Shown here in pieces: positions 56,187 to 64,000 of a stretch of 64,000 bases of DNA. The stretch is taken from NCBI GenBank assembly GCA_034669905.1, contig JAXMOL010000020.1, positions 32,001-96,000 of the forward strand. Reading direction: 5' to 3'. Source of the stretch: Candidatus Hydrogenedentota bacterium (GTDB lineage: Bacteria > Hydrogenedentota > Hydrogenedentia > Hydrogenedentales > JAEUWI01). The translations under genes and the position numbers were made by a program. A model generated the notes under the pieces. The model had not been told where the DNA came from. It searched no databases and saw nothing but the letters and a program-made list of their open reading frames with translations. The number at the start of each line of letters is the position of its first letter. Position 1 is the stretch's first letter.

Positions 56187-57521
56187 ATGAAAAGTCAGTA
56201 TTCTCGAAGAACCTTTATGAAGACCGCTGCCCTGGCCAGTGCGGCACCGCTGATTCTGCCGCGCCTCAGTTTTGCCAATACGGCCAACGGAAAACTGCAG
56301 CACGCCGGTATCGGGGTGAACGCCCAGGGTGCCCACGATCTGGGCAATATTGCCAGCCATGATGAAGTCGAAGTCGTTGCGCTTTGCGATATTGACGCCG
56401 TGCATCTGGAGCGCGCTTCCAAGCTTTATCCCAACGCCCGCCTATACCGCGACTGGCGTGAAATGCTGGAACAGGAAGAGGGCAAGATTGATTCGGTGAA
56501 CGTTTCGACGCCGGACCATACCCACGCGCCTGCATCCTACACCGCCATCAAGAAAGGCATGCACGTCTTCTGCGAGAAGCCGCTGACCCATGAAGTTTAT
56601 GAAGCCCGCAAAGTGACCGAGGCCGCCCAAAAGGCTGGTGTGGTCACCCAGATGGGCAATCAGATTCACTCCCATCCTTTCTATCGCACGGCCGTCCACT
56701 TCGTTAAAGAGGGCGCCATCGGAAAAGTAAAAGAATGGCACTCCTGGAGTGGGGCTATCTTCACGACGGACGACAAGAAATTCCCGGCAGGCAGCGACCC
56801 GATTCCTGAAAATGTGGACTGGGACCTCTGGTGCGGCACGGCTCCGGTCATCCCCTATAAGGAAAAAGAATACCACCCCTTCTGGTGGCGTCGTTACCGG
56901 GATTATGGTGGTGGTGCCGTGGGTGACTTCGGCTGCCATATCTTCGATCCCGTGTACTCGGCCCTGGGGGTGGATGCGCCCCTGACGATTACGGCCCATG
57001 CGGAAAGCTATAGTGACCAGGTACACCCGGGGTGGACCATCGCCAACTACCTCTACCCGGGCAACGAAATGACCGCCTACGACACCATTTGTGCGTCGTG
57101 GCGTGACGGTGGCCTCAAGCCCGACACGAAACTGTCGCCCCATCTGGCCGACGACTACGCCCTGCCGCCCAGTGGCTCCATGCTGATTGGTGAAGAAGGG
57201 ACGCTGATAATTCCTCACGTGGGCAAGCCCCAGTTGCACCCGCTCAAGGATTATGAAAACTATCCCGTGCCCGAGATGGAAGAGCGCAGCCACTACCACG
57301 AATTCGTCAACGTCTGCCTTGGAAAGGGCGGCACGACGGGCTCCAACTTCGACTTCGCCGGCCCCATGGCCGAAGCCGTGCTGTTGGCCAATATCGCCAA
57401 CCGCCTGCCCGGCCAGGCCCTCGAGTGGAACGGCAAGCGGTGCAAATTCACCAACAACCGGGATGCCAATAAACTGCTGCGCCGCAAATACCGTGATGGC
57501 TTTGAAGTGCGTGGACTGTAA
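56187..57521 (+). CDS. Tat-exported Gfo/Idh/MocA oxidoreductase
   Basis: SRRTFMK Tat motif; STPDHTH, CEKPLT, QMGNQ, DWDLW.G, GDFGCH. Confidence 0.93.
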   Translation: MKSQYSRRTFMKTAALASAAPLILPRLSFANTANGKLQHAGIGVNAQGAHDLGNIASHDEVEVVALCDIDAVHLERASKLYPNARLYRDWREMLEQEEGKIDSVNVSTPDHTHAPASYTAIKKGMHVFCEKPLTHEVYEARKVTEAAQKAGVVTQMGNQIHSHPFYRTAVHFVKEGAIGKVKEWHSWSGAIFTTDDKKFPAGSDPIPENVDWDLWCGTAPVIPYKEKEYHPFWWRRYRDYGGGAVGDFGCHIFDPVYSALGVDAPLTITAHAESYSDQVHPGWTIANYLYPGNEMTAYDTICASWRDGGLKPDTKLSPHLADDYALPPSGSMLIGEEGTLIIPHVGKPQLHPLKDYENYPVPEMEERSHYHEFVNVCLGKGGTTGSNFDFAGPMAEAVLLANIANRLPGQALEWNGKRCKFTNNRDANKLLRRKYRDGFEVRGL

Positions 57522-57548
57522 GTTTCGTCTGATTTAATGCGGAATGAT

Positions 57549-57585
57549 GCCTGCGCTGCCTCCGGGAAGCGCAGGCTCTTTTTTT
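57549..57585 (+). terminator. Rho-independent terminator
   Basis: GCCTGCGCT..AGCGCAGGC followed by TCTTTTTTT. Confidence 0.8.
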
Positions 57586-57603
57586 GGAACAAGGAGCTTT
57601 GTT

Positions 57604-58329
57604 ATGAAATTCGTCAGCGCCACCATGCTGGGTATGTTGTTGTGGGCCGGCTCAACCGTTGCCGAGCCCACTCAGGCCGGGACATTTGTTGACCTCTTTA
57701 ACGGGAAAGATCTGACCGGTTGGGTGGATGTGAACACCAGCCCGGAAACGTGGTGGGTGGAAGACGGCCTGCTGAAGTGCAAGGGCCTTCCCATCGGTGT
57801 CATGCGGAGTGAGAAGCAGTACGAGAACTTCATCCTCCACGTGGAGTGGCGCCATATGGAAGCCGGCGGAAACTCCGGGTGCTTCATCTGGAGTGAGGGC
57901 ACCGTGCCCGAGGGGAAGCGTCTGCCCAAGGGCATGGAAGTGCAAATGCTCGAACTGGAATGGCCCAACATCAATCGGAAGGCCGACGGTACGCCGAACG
58001 ACATCGCCTATGTGCATGGTGAACTTTTCGGAGCCAATGGCCTGAAGACAACGCCCGACAATCCCCGCGGCAGCCGCAGTAAGTCCATCGAAAACCGTTG
58101 CCTGGGAAAAGGGGAGTGGAATTACTATGATGTCGTTGCCGTGGACGGCACGGTAAAACTCTCGGTCAACGGAAAGTTTGTGAACGGCGTGCGGGAAGCG
58201 TCAATTAAGAAAGGCTATCTCTGTCTGGAATCAGAAGGGGCAGAGATACATTTTCGGAAGATCCAGATTATGGAGTTGCCGCCCGGTGTCACAACGGAAG
58301 CGCAGACCGCCCCGCTGGTGAAAGAATAA
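57604..58329 (+). CDS. DUF1080 (3-keto-disaccharide hydrolase-like) exported protein
   Basis: [44 protein letters not shown]. Confidence 0.9.
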   Translation: MKFVSATMLGMLLWAGSTVAEPTQAGTFVDLFNGKDLTGWVDVNTSPETWWVEDGLLKCKGLPIGVMRSEKQYENFILHVEWRHMEAGGNSGCFIWSEGTVPEGKRLPKGMEVQMLELEWPNINRKADGTPNDIAYVHGELFGANGLKTTPDNPRGSRSKSIENRCLGKGEWNYYDVVAVDGTVKLSVNGKFVNGVREASIKKGYLCLESEGAEIHFRKIQIMELPPGVTTEAQTAPLVKE

Positions 58330-58448
58330 GGGGATACCAGCCCGATGTCGGGTGCATTGTAACTTGTATTCTTGGGATGCAGATAAACAGCGCAGTTTCC
58401 GCGCGTTTTTCTGTGGGAAGCAATAGGCAAAGCAATAGGGAGAGCACG

Positions 58449-59006
58449 ATGCCAGACCACGAAATGGATCTCGACAAGATCAAGAAGGATGCAAAGCTGT
58501 GTGGTGCGTTGATGAACCACATGAAAAAGGAGCACACCCTCGAGAATTTCCTGTTTTACTTCGCAAAGGGAAATCCCGAGGGGCTCTATGCGAAATTCAT
58601 TTCTCCCAAGGCGAAAGACCAGGTCAATCTCCCGTCCAAGATTCAGAAGGCGGCGGATACACTCGCAAAACGGGGGGACTGGGAGCACAAAGAATGGCCC
58701 AAAATTCTGAAGGCCGCCAAACGGGATATTAAAGGTCTCGTCGAGGGGGACGTGCTGCCGCGTTTCTATAAATCCAAGTTCTACATGGAATACTGCGCCA
58801 AGGAAAAAATGGGTGATCCGAAAAAGGCCGCCAAGCTCCTCGGAATTTCCAACGTCAAACTGCTCACCGAGGGCATGGTTGCGGTGGCCAGCGGAAACAC
58901 CAAGGAAGCCGAAAAGTTGCTGACCAAGCTGGCAAAAGAAGAGAAGATGAAAGAGAAGGCGAAGGATCTCATCAGCACCCTTGAGAAATCCGGGCTCTGC
59001 GGATAG
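58449..59006 (+). CDS. RGS (regulator of G-protein signalling) domain protein with basic C-terminal extension
   Basis: EHTLENFLFY, LYAKFISPKAKDQVNLPS, AKRDIKGLVEGDVLPRFYKSKFY match the RGS box consensus; AGGGAG RBS; own terminator. Confidence 0.8.
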   Translation: MPDHEMDLDKIKKDAKLCGALMNHMKKEHTLENFLFYFAKGNPEGLYAKFISPKAKDQVNLPSKIQKAADTLAKRGDWEHKEWPKILKAAKRDIKGLVEGDVLPRFYKSKFYMEYCAKEKMGDPKKAAKLLGISNVKLLTEGMVAVASGNTKEAEKLLTKLAKEEKMKEKAKDLISTLEKSGLCG

Positions 59007-59031
59007 CTTCAATCTTAGTTTCGGTTCTTTG

Positions 59032-59072
59032 AAGAGCGCGCCAACGTCTGGACACGTCGGCGCGCTCTTTCT
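59032..59072 (+). terminator. Rho-independent terminator after RGS gene
   Basis: AAGAGCGCGCC..GGCGCGCTCTT stem followed by TCT. Confidence 0.7.
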
Positions 59073-59372
59073 ACGTCCTGGCGTATAGTTAATCCACCGG
59101 CTCGACCGGTGAGGATTCATCAGGCTCTGCCGTTCCCGCGAGTTCTTCTAATGGGAGATCAAGCAGAGTAATTTGTAGCAGCGTTCTTGGCTTCGGAGGG
59201 GAACCCAATTCGCGCCCTATGTCGCCCACTTCGGGGACGTAACAGCGCCGTTGCCGGGGCGTTCCTCCTGCGCCCGGCGCTGTCGGTCGCTGGTGATTCC
59301 GAGGAGCTTAAACCACGGCCCTCCGAGATGCATTCACACCGGGCTGCGGGATGGTGGTGGACGTGTCAGCCC

Positions 59373-60410
59373 TTATTCATAGAACCACGCCGTAGGCAGT
59401 ATCTTCAGTTCCAGTGGCAGTCCGCCGGAATAGCTGAAGTAGGTTAAGAGCGCCTTGTTCTCCACCCACGTAATCGCGGGATAAGCCCAGGCGCCTTCGG
59501 GGGCCTCTTCAATATTTCGAAAATGGGTCCAGGTTTCGCCCTCGTTCTTTGAGATGGCCGATGTGAAAGGGTTGCGCTTGGAAGCGCCCGGGTTGTGGTT
59601 CCAGACCGCCAGTAAATCGCCGGTCGCAGGCACACGGCTTATGGCGACGGGTGCGGCCGTTCCCTTCAGGGCAGAAGGCGCGGGCTCGGTCCACGTCTCG
59701 CCACCGTCGCTGGAGAAGCTCTGGTACTGACCACCGAGCCCCGTGCGCATGAACATGAGGACCCGACCATCCTTCAATTCGATGGCGGCGGGTTCCCAGC
59801 AGCCATCCCCCGGACGTACCCGTTGTGATTCCCGCCAGGTCTTGCCATCGTCATCGGAAAGATAGCAGTAGGCGTCATTGCCCTCCCAGGCTTCCAGCAA
59901 AATGCGGCCCGACTTCAGGCGGAGGGAGCGGCCATTGGTCAGGCCCGTGTATTTGCCCGCGGGACTCATTTGCAGCGCGTCACTCCACGTTTTGCCCTCG
60001 TCTTCCGAGGTGCGGAGCATGACGCGACAGTCCTCGCTCTCGCTGTTTTTCTGGCAGTAGAAGAGGTGGATTCCGCCGGTCTTTGTGCGGAGGAAGTTGA
60101 CCTCCATTACGTTCTGGCCCCCGTCGTTTTCGACCAGGGTGTATTTCCCACCCCACGTCTTTCCACCGTCTTTCGAGAGCATCCCCGAGAGGCGTGCCGG
60201 GCCATGATCGGCGCCGCTGCCCGCATAAAACTCGGTCCATCCCAAGAGCAACGTGCCGTCCTTCAGGGGGATAATGGCCGCCTCGCTGTTGCGGGGATTG
60301 TCCGGCCCAATGGGTACGATAGTCTGGTGGAAGACTTCGGCGCTTGCGCCCGTGATGATTAACAGGGCCGCCGAAACGGTGGCAAGCAGGTTCCTGGAGG
60401 CGAAGTGCAT
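59373..60410 (-). CDS. Exported BNR/Asp-box sialidase-family protein
   Basis: Asp boxes SKDGGKTW, SEDEGKTW, SDDDGKTW, SSDGGETW, SKNEGETW; AYP. Confidence 0.88.
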   Translation of the reverse strand: MHFASRNLLATVSAALLIITGASAEVFHQTIVPIGPDNPRNSEAAIIPLKDGTLLLGWTEFYAGSGADHGPARLSGMLSKDGGKTWGGKYTLVENDGGQNVMEVNFLRTKTGGIHLFYCQKNSESEDCRVMLRTSEDEGKTWSDALQMSPAGKYTGLTNGRSLRLKSGRILLEAWEGNDAYCYLSDDDGKTWRESQRVRPGDGCWEPAAIELKDGRVLMFMRTGLGGQYQSFSSDGGETWTEPAPSALKGTAAPVAISRVPATGDLLAVWNHNPGASKRNPFTSAISKNEGETWTHFRNIEEAPEGAWAYPAITWVENKALLTYFSYSGGLPLELKILPTAWFYE

Positions 60411-60597
60411 AGAGAAAGTTTCCTCGTGTTTCAATGGCGGTTCTTGGTATGGCTCAACGTGAGCGGAAAATCGGTCGAATGGCAATCATGACTCATAGGC
60501 CTGGCGGCCTTCCATGTACTATACTACGGATTCGTGTTGCGGTTGATGCCTGCGAAGGCGACCGCACTTAGTTGTTTGCCCGGAAGGATTTTTTGAT

Positions 60598-61935
60598 ATG
60601 TTGACTACCCTACTTCTCTTTTCCACCTTGGTTTCTGTCGCCGCAGGGCACCCACTGGAGAATGCTATGCCCATTCACGCTCCGGGAGGGTGGTCGGTCG
60701 ATGTTGGGCCAGGCGCTGTGGCTATCGAAGGACAAGATATTGCCCTCGCGGATCCCGTGCGACTTATTGTTCCTGAAGCGGAGCCGGTCGTCGTGGAGGG
60801 AGAGCGCTATGTGATGCCCGTCTTTAATCCAAAGACAGGCGGATGGCGCAAGGGGGTGCGTCTGACGCCGCTCATCGCGCAGGAATGCTCCGCCACCGGG
60901 CTGCTCCGGCCGGAGACCGTGGTGGTACGGCCCGCGGAAGGCGGTAACGCCTATGTCTTGGACAAGGACTATGCGATAGACGGACTCTGGGGCACTATCG
61001 GACGTCTCGAAGGTGGGGCTATCGGCGCGGATGAATCGGTCGCCATTGACTACGTCTATGGACCCGCGCGGCTGGACAGCATCGTCGCGAATGCCCAGGG
61101 CCAGGTGCGCCTGGTGCCCGGCGATCCCGGTCTTGGATTGGATGCGCCCCCGGCGGGCCGGGACGATGAGCACCTTCTTGCCACGGTTTGGAATCCGGGT
61201 AATCTCGAGGCCCTCACCGCAGAGAACCTGTTTTCCGTGGAGCAGGGACGTGCGGCACAACCACTTCACAGCGATGTGGCGGAACGCCTCCTCCCCAAGA
61301 CCCTCGCCAAGCTCCGTGCGGGCGAAGCGGTGACCATCGTGGCCTGGGGCGATAGCGTCAGCAACGGCGGTGGTGTGGGCGGCAACAAGGCGGCCTGGTA
61401 CCAGCACGTCTTTCACAAGGCGCTCCAGGAACGATTCCCACAGGCTGATATTACCCTTCACACGGCCTCCTGGCCCGGGCGGGGCAGCCGCAATTACCTG
61501 GAGTCCCCCGCTGGCAGCGAACATGATTTCCAACGGGATGTCATCGACCGCAAGCCCGACCTCGTGACCCTGGAGTGGGTGAACGATGCCTATCTCAAGG
61601 GCGACGCCCTGGTCGCCCACTACGGCATGATCATGGAGCGGCTCCACGCCGGCGGTGCGGAGGCCCTCTTGTTGACGCCCCACCTCGTGCGGCCCGATTG
61701 GATGGGGGTGAATACCTTGAAGCTGGATCGAGACCCGCGGCCCTACTCCCAGGGGCTCTATGCCTTCTCAAAGGCCAATAATATCGCCCTTGCCGACGGT
61801 GCGCAACGCTGGTGTGATACCTGGCGTGTGGGCGTGCCCTACACGACCATGTTGGCCAACGCCATCAACCATCCCGATGCACGGGGGCACGCCCTCTTGG
61901 CCGATGCCTTGCTCGCGGTCTTCCCGGAGAAATAA
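60598..61935 (+). CDS. Exported SGNH/GDSL esterase with unusual N-terminal beta-domain
   Basis: AWGDSVS, EWVND, INHPDARGH. Confidence 0.85.
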   Translation: MLTTLLLFSTLVSVAAGHPLENAMPIHAPGGWSVDVGPGAVAIEGQDIALADPVRLIVPEAEPVVVEGERYVMPVFNPKTGGWRKGVRLTPLIAQECSATGLLRPETVVVRPAEGGNAYVLDKDYAIDGLWGTIGRLEGGAIGADESVAIDYVYGPARLDSIVANAQGQVRLVPGDPGLGLDAPPAGRDDEHLLATVWNPGNLEALTAENLFSVEQGRAAQPLHSDVAERLLPKTLAKLRAGEAVTIVAWGDSVSNGGGVGGNKAAWYQHVFHKALQERFPQADITLHTASWPGRGSRNYLESPAGSEHDFQRDVIDRKPDLVTLEWVNDAYLKGDALVAHYGMIMERLHAGGAEALLLTPHLVRPDWMGVNTLKLDRDPRPYSQGLYAFSKANNIALADGAQRWCDTWRVGVPYTTMLANAINHPDARGHALLADALLAVFPEK

Positions 61936-61954
61936 CAAGTTCTCGACGCAATAG

Positions 61955-61993
61955 AAAAACGCCACGGCAGCTTTGGCCTGCCGTGGCGTTCTT
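61955..61993. terminator. Probable bidirectional terminator between convergent genes
   Basis: AAAAACGCCACGGCAG..CTGCCGTGGCGTTCTT. Confidence 0.8.
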
Positions 61994-62011
61994 CGTTCGG
62001 GGGGTAGACCT

Positions 62012-63817
62012 TCAGTCTTCGAAAAGGGCCGGGTCCATCGTGGCGGTGAGTCCGTCGGCCTCAAGTAAGCGTGTGGCCAGTCCGGCGCATTTCGGCAGTT
62101 CATAGCGGAAGAAGTAGTGGCAGGTAGTCCGTTTGCCGAGATAGAAATTGGCGTCTGCACCTTCAGCCCCGCGGGCAAGTGCCGCTTCCGATACAAGCGC
62201 CTGGGCAAGCCACTGCCAGGCGATGGTGATGATGCCGACGTACTCCAGGTAGAGGGTCGCATCGGCGAGGAATAATTCCACCTTGCCTTCGCCCGCCAGA
62301 CCGACGAGCCGGCCCGTGACCGTTTCCAGTTGGTCCAGGGATTCTTTCAGACGTTTCGATTCCGGGGCGATGGCTGCGTGCTTTTCCGCCAAGGAAATGG
62401 TCTCCTTCACCCGCATGAGGAAGAGGGCCAGGGCCGCACCGTCTTGCATGGTGATTTTGCGTCCCAAGAGGTCCATGCCCTGAATCCCGGTCGTGCCCTC
62501 GTGGATGGGGTGGATGCGGGCGTCGCGGTAATATTGCTCCAGGGGGAACTCGTCGCAGTAGCCGTAGCCGCCGAGGCACTGCAGCCCAGTGCTCACGGAG
62601 AGGATACCCATTTCAGAGGGATAGGTCTTGGCGATGGGGGTCAGGAAATCCAGGAGCAAGGCGTGTTCCGCCCGCGCTTCCTCGGGGCCCGCGTGGGTCA
62701 GGTCGATGAGCTTGGCACAATAGGCGATAAGCGACAGCGAACCTTCCACAATGGCCCGTTGAAAGAGGAGCATGCGCTTCACGTCGGCGTGTTCGATAAT
62801 GGGCACCTGCGGCGCGGCCGGGTCTTTGCCCGCCACCGGACGGCCCTGGTGACGTTCCCGCGTATACCGCAGGGATGCGTAGTAGGCGGCGGTGGCGATG
62901 GCGGTGCCACCCAGGCCCACACCCACGCGGGCTTCGTTCATCATTTGGAACATATAGCGCAGGCCGTGATTCTCTTCGCCCACCAACCACGCGCGGCAGT
63001 CGCCTTTTTCGCCCATCTCGAGTTGGGTGATGGGGGCACCGCGATAGCCCAGCTTGTGGTAGATGCCGGTGCACACCACGTCATTGGGTTCCAGCCCACC
63101 ACCCGTCGTCGGGCGAAGTCTCGGTACGACGAAGAGGGAGATGCCTTTCACCCCCGCAGGCGCGCCCTCAATGCGTGCCAACATGAGATTGACGATATTG
63201 TCGGCACCGTCATGCTCGCCACAGGAGATGAAGATCTTCTGTCCGGTGAGGTGGAAGTAGCCCTCGCTCGTCCGTGTCGCCCGGGTCTCCAAGTCGGTCA
63301 ATGAACTACCCGCCTGGGGCTCCGTCATGGCCATGGTGCCCTGCCACTGTCCCTCAAACATGGGGGGGACATAGGTGTCGATGAGTTCCTGGGAGCCGAA
63401 GGAGCAAATGAGCTGGGCCGCACCGGTCGTCAATACGGGGTAAACACTGGCAGAGTAATTGGCGGCGCCGAGAATAAATCGCACCATCGTGAGCAAGGTG
63501 TCGGGAAGTTGCTGCCCGCCCAATTCGAAAGAGGCATGGGCCCCAATCCAGCCGCCTTCACCACAGGCCTGGAGCAGGTCACGGACTACCGGGGCGACGC
63601 TAACCGTGCCGGCGTCAAAGGTGGGCGCTTCCTGGTCCATTTGCGCAAGGACCGGAAAGAGCGCGTCGGCCCCGAGTCGCAGTCCGGTCTCCAAGACCAT
63701 GTCGAATATTTCCCGATCATGCTCGGAAAAATAGGGCAGCTCACAGAGGGTTTCCGCTTCCAGCACCTCGTAAAGGAGGAACTCGATATTGCGCATACTG
63801 ACGAAATCTTCGGCCAT
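62012..63817 (-). CDS. Acyl-CoA dehydrogenase (long form)
   Basis: GTMAMTEPQAGS, GQKIFIS, KGISLF, MFQMMNEAR, QCLGGYG, IHEGTTGIQ; AAGGAG RBS. Confidence 0.95.
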   Translation of the reverse strand: MAEDFVSMRNIEFLLYEVLEAETLCELPYFSEHDREIFDMVLETGLRLGADALFPVLAQMDQEAPTFDAGTVSVAPVVRDLLQACGEGGWIGAHASFELGGQQLPDTLLTMVRFILGAANYSASVYPVLTTGAAQLICSFGSQELIDTYVPPMFEGQWQGTMAMTEPQAGSSLTDLETRATRTSEGYFHLTGQKIFISCGEHDGADNIVNLMLARIEGAPAGVKGISLFVVPRLRPTTGGGLEPNDVVCTGIYHKLGYRGAPITQLEMGEKGDCRAWLVGEENHGLRYMFQMMNEARVGVGLGGTAIATAAYYASLRYTRERHQGRPVAGKDPAAPQVPIIEHADVKRMLLFQRAIVEGSLSLIAYCAKLIDLTHAGPEEARAEHALLLDFLTPIAKTYPSEMGILSVSTGLQCLGGYGYCDEFPLEQYYRDARIHPIHEGTTGIQGMDLLGRKITMQDGAALALFLMRVKETISLAEKHAAIAPESKRLKESLDQLETVTGRLVGLAGEGKVELFLADATLYLEYVGIITIAWQWLAQALVSEAALARGAEGADANFYLGKRTTCHYFFRYELPKCAGLATRLLEADGLTATMDPALFED

Positions 63818-64000
63818 GGGGCACTCCTTGGGGGTTAAAAACGGAATGGGAGTATAGCATAGCGGTCTTGAAGGTGCCCGCAAATATTGCGTATTTCAGG
63901 CCGAATCGCATAGGATGCGGTGGAGCCTGAACTTCCGTTCGGGGTGATACATCGAATCTAAATCGCTATTATCGGGCCCAGGGCCCTCACCAGGGAATTC

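Noticed and set aside
58995..59006. C-terminal prenylation (CaaX) signal on RGS protein
   Set aside because: Protein ends GLCG; the Cys is second from the end, not fourth

Overview
GC-rich bacterial chromosomal segment with about 38 protein-coding genes. I saw no rRNA, tRNA, CRISPR array, integrase or transposase. The gene style (many exported glycan-active proteins, PEP-CTERM, DUF1080, DUF3604) suggests a free-living PVC/Hydrogenedentota-like organism, but this is inference only. Housekeeping genes (uvrC, nnrD, thiL, ald, nupG-like permease, acyl-CoA dehydrogenase) are mixed with many carbohydrate-active genes. Most notable: (1) a stand-alone gene (58449-59006) encoding a eukaryote-type RGS (regulator of G-protein signalling) domain that keeps the G-alpha-contacting residues, followed by a Fis-like HTH-looking segment; (2) a cytoplasmic Ser/Thr kinase fused to a c-di-GMP-binding MshEN domain; (3) two apparent pseudo-enzymes (GH2-like and M28-like) lacking catalytic residues; (4) a PEP-CTERM cassette flanked by a diverged second copy of the upstream gene's 3' end; (5) several families of intergenic REP/MITE-like palindromes and a 16-unit heptamer repeat with G-quadruplex potential. 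All family assignments come from motif recognition by eye; no database searches were run.
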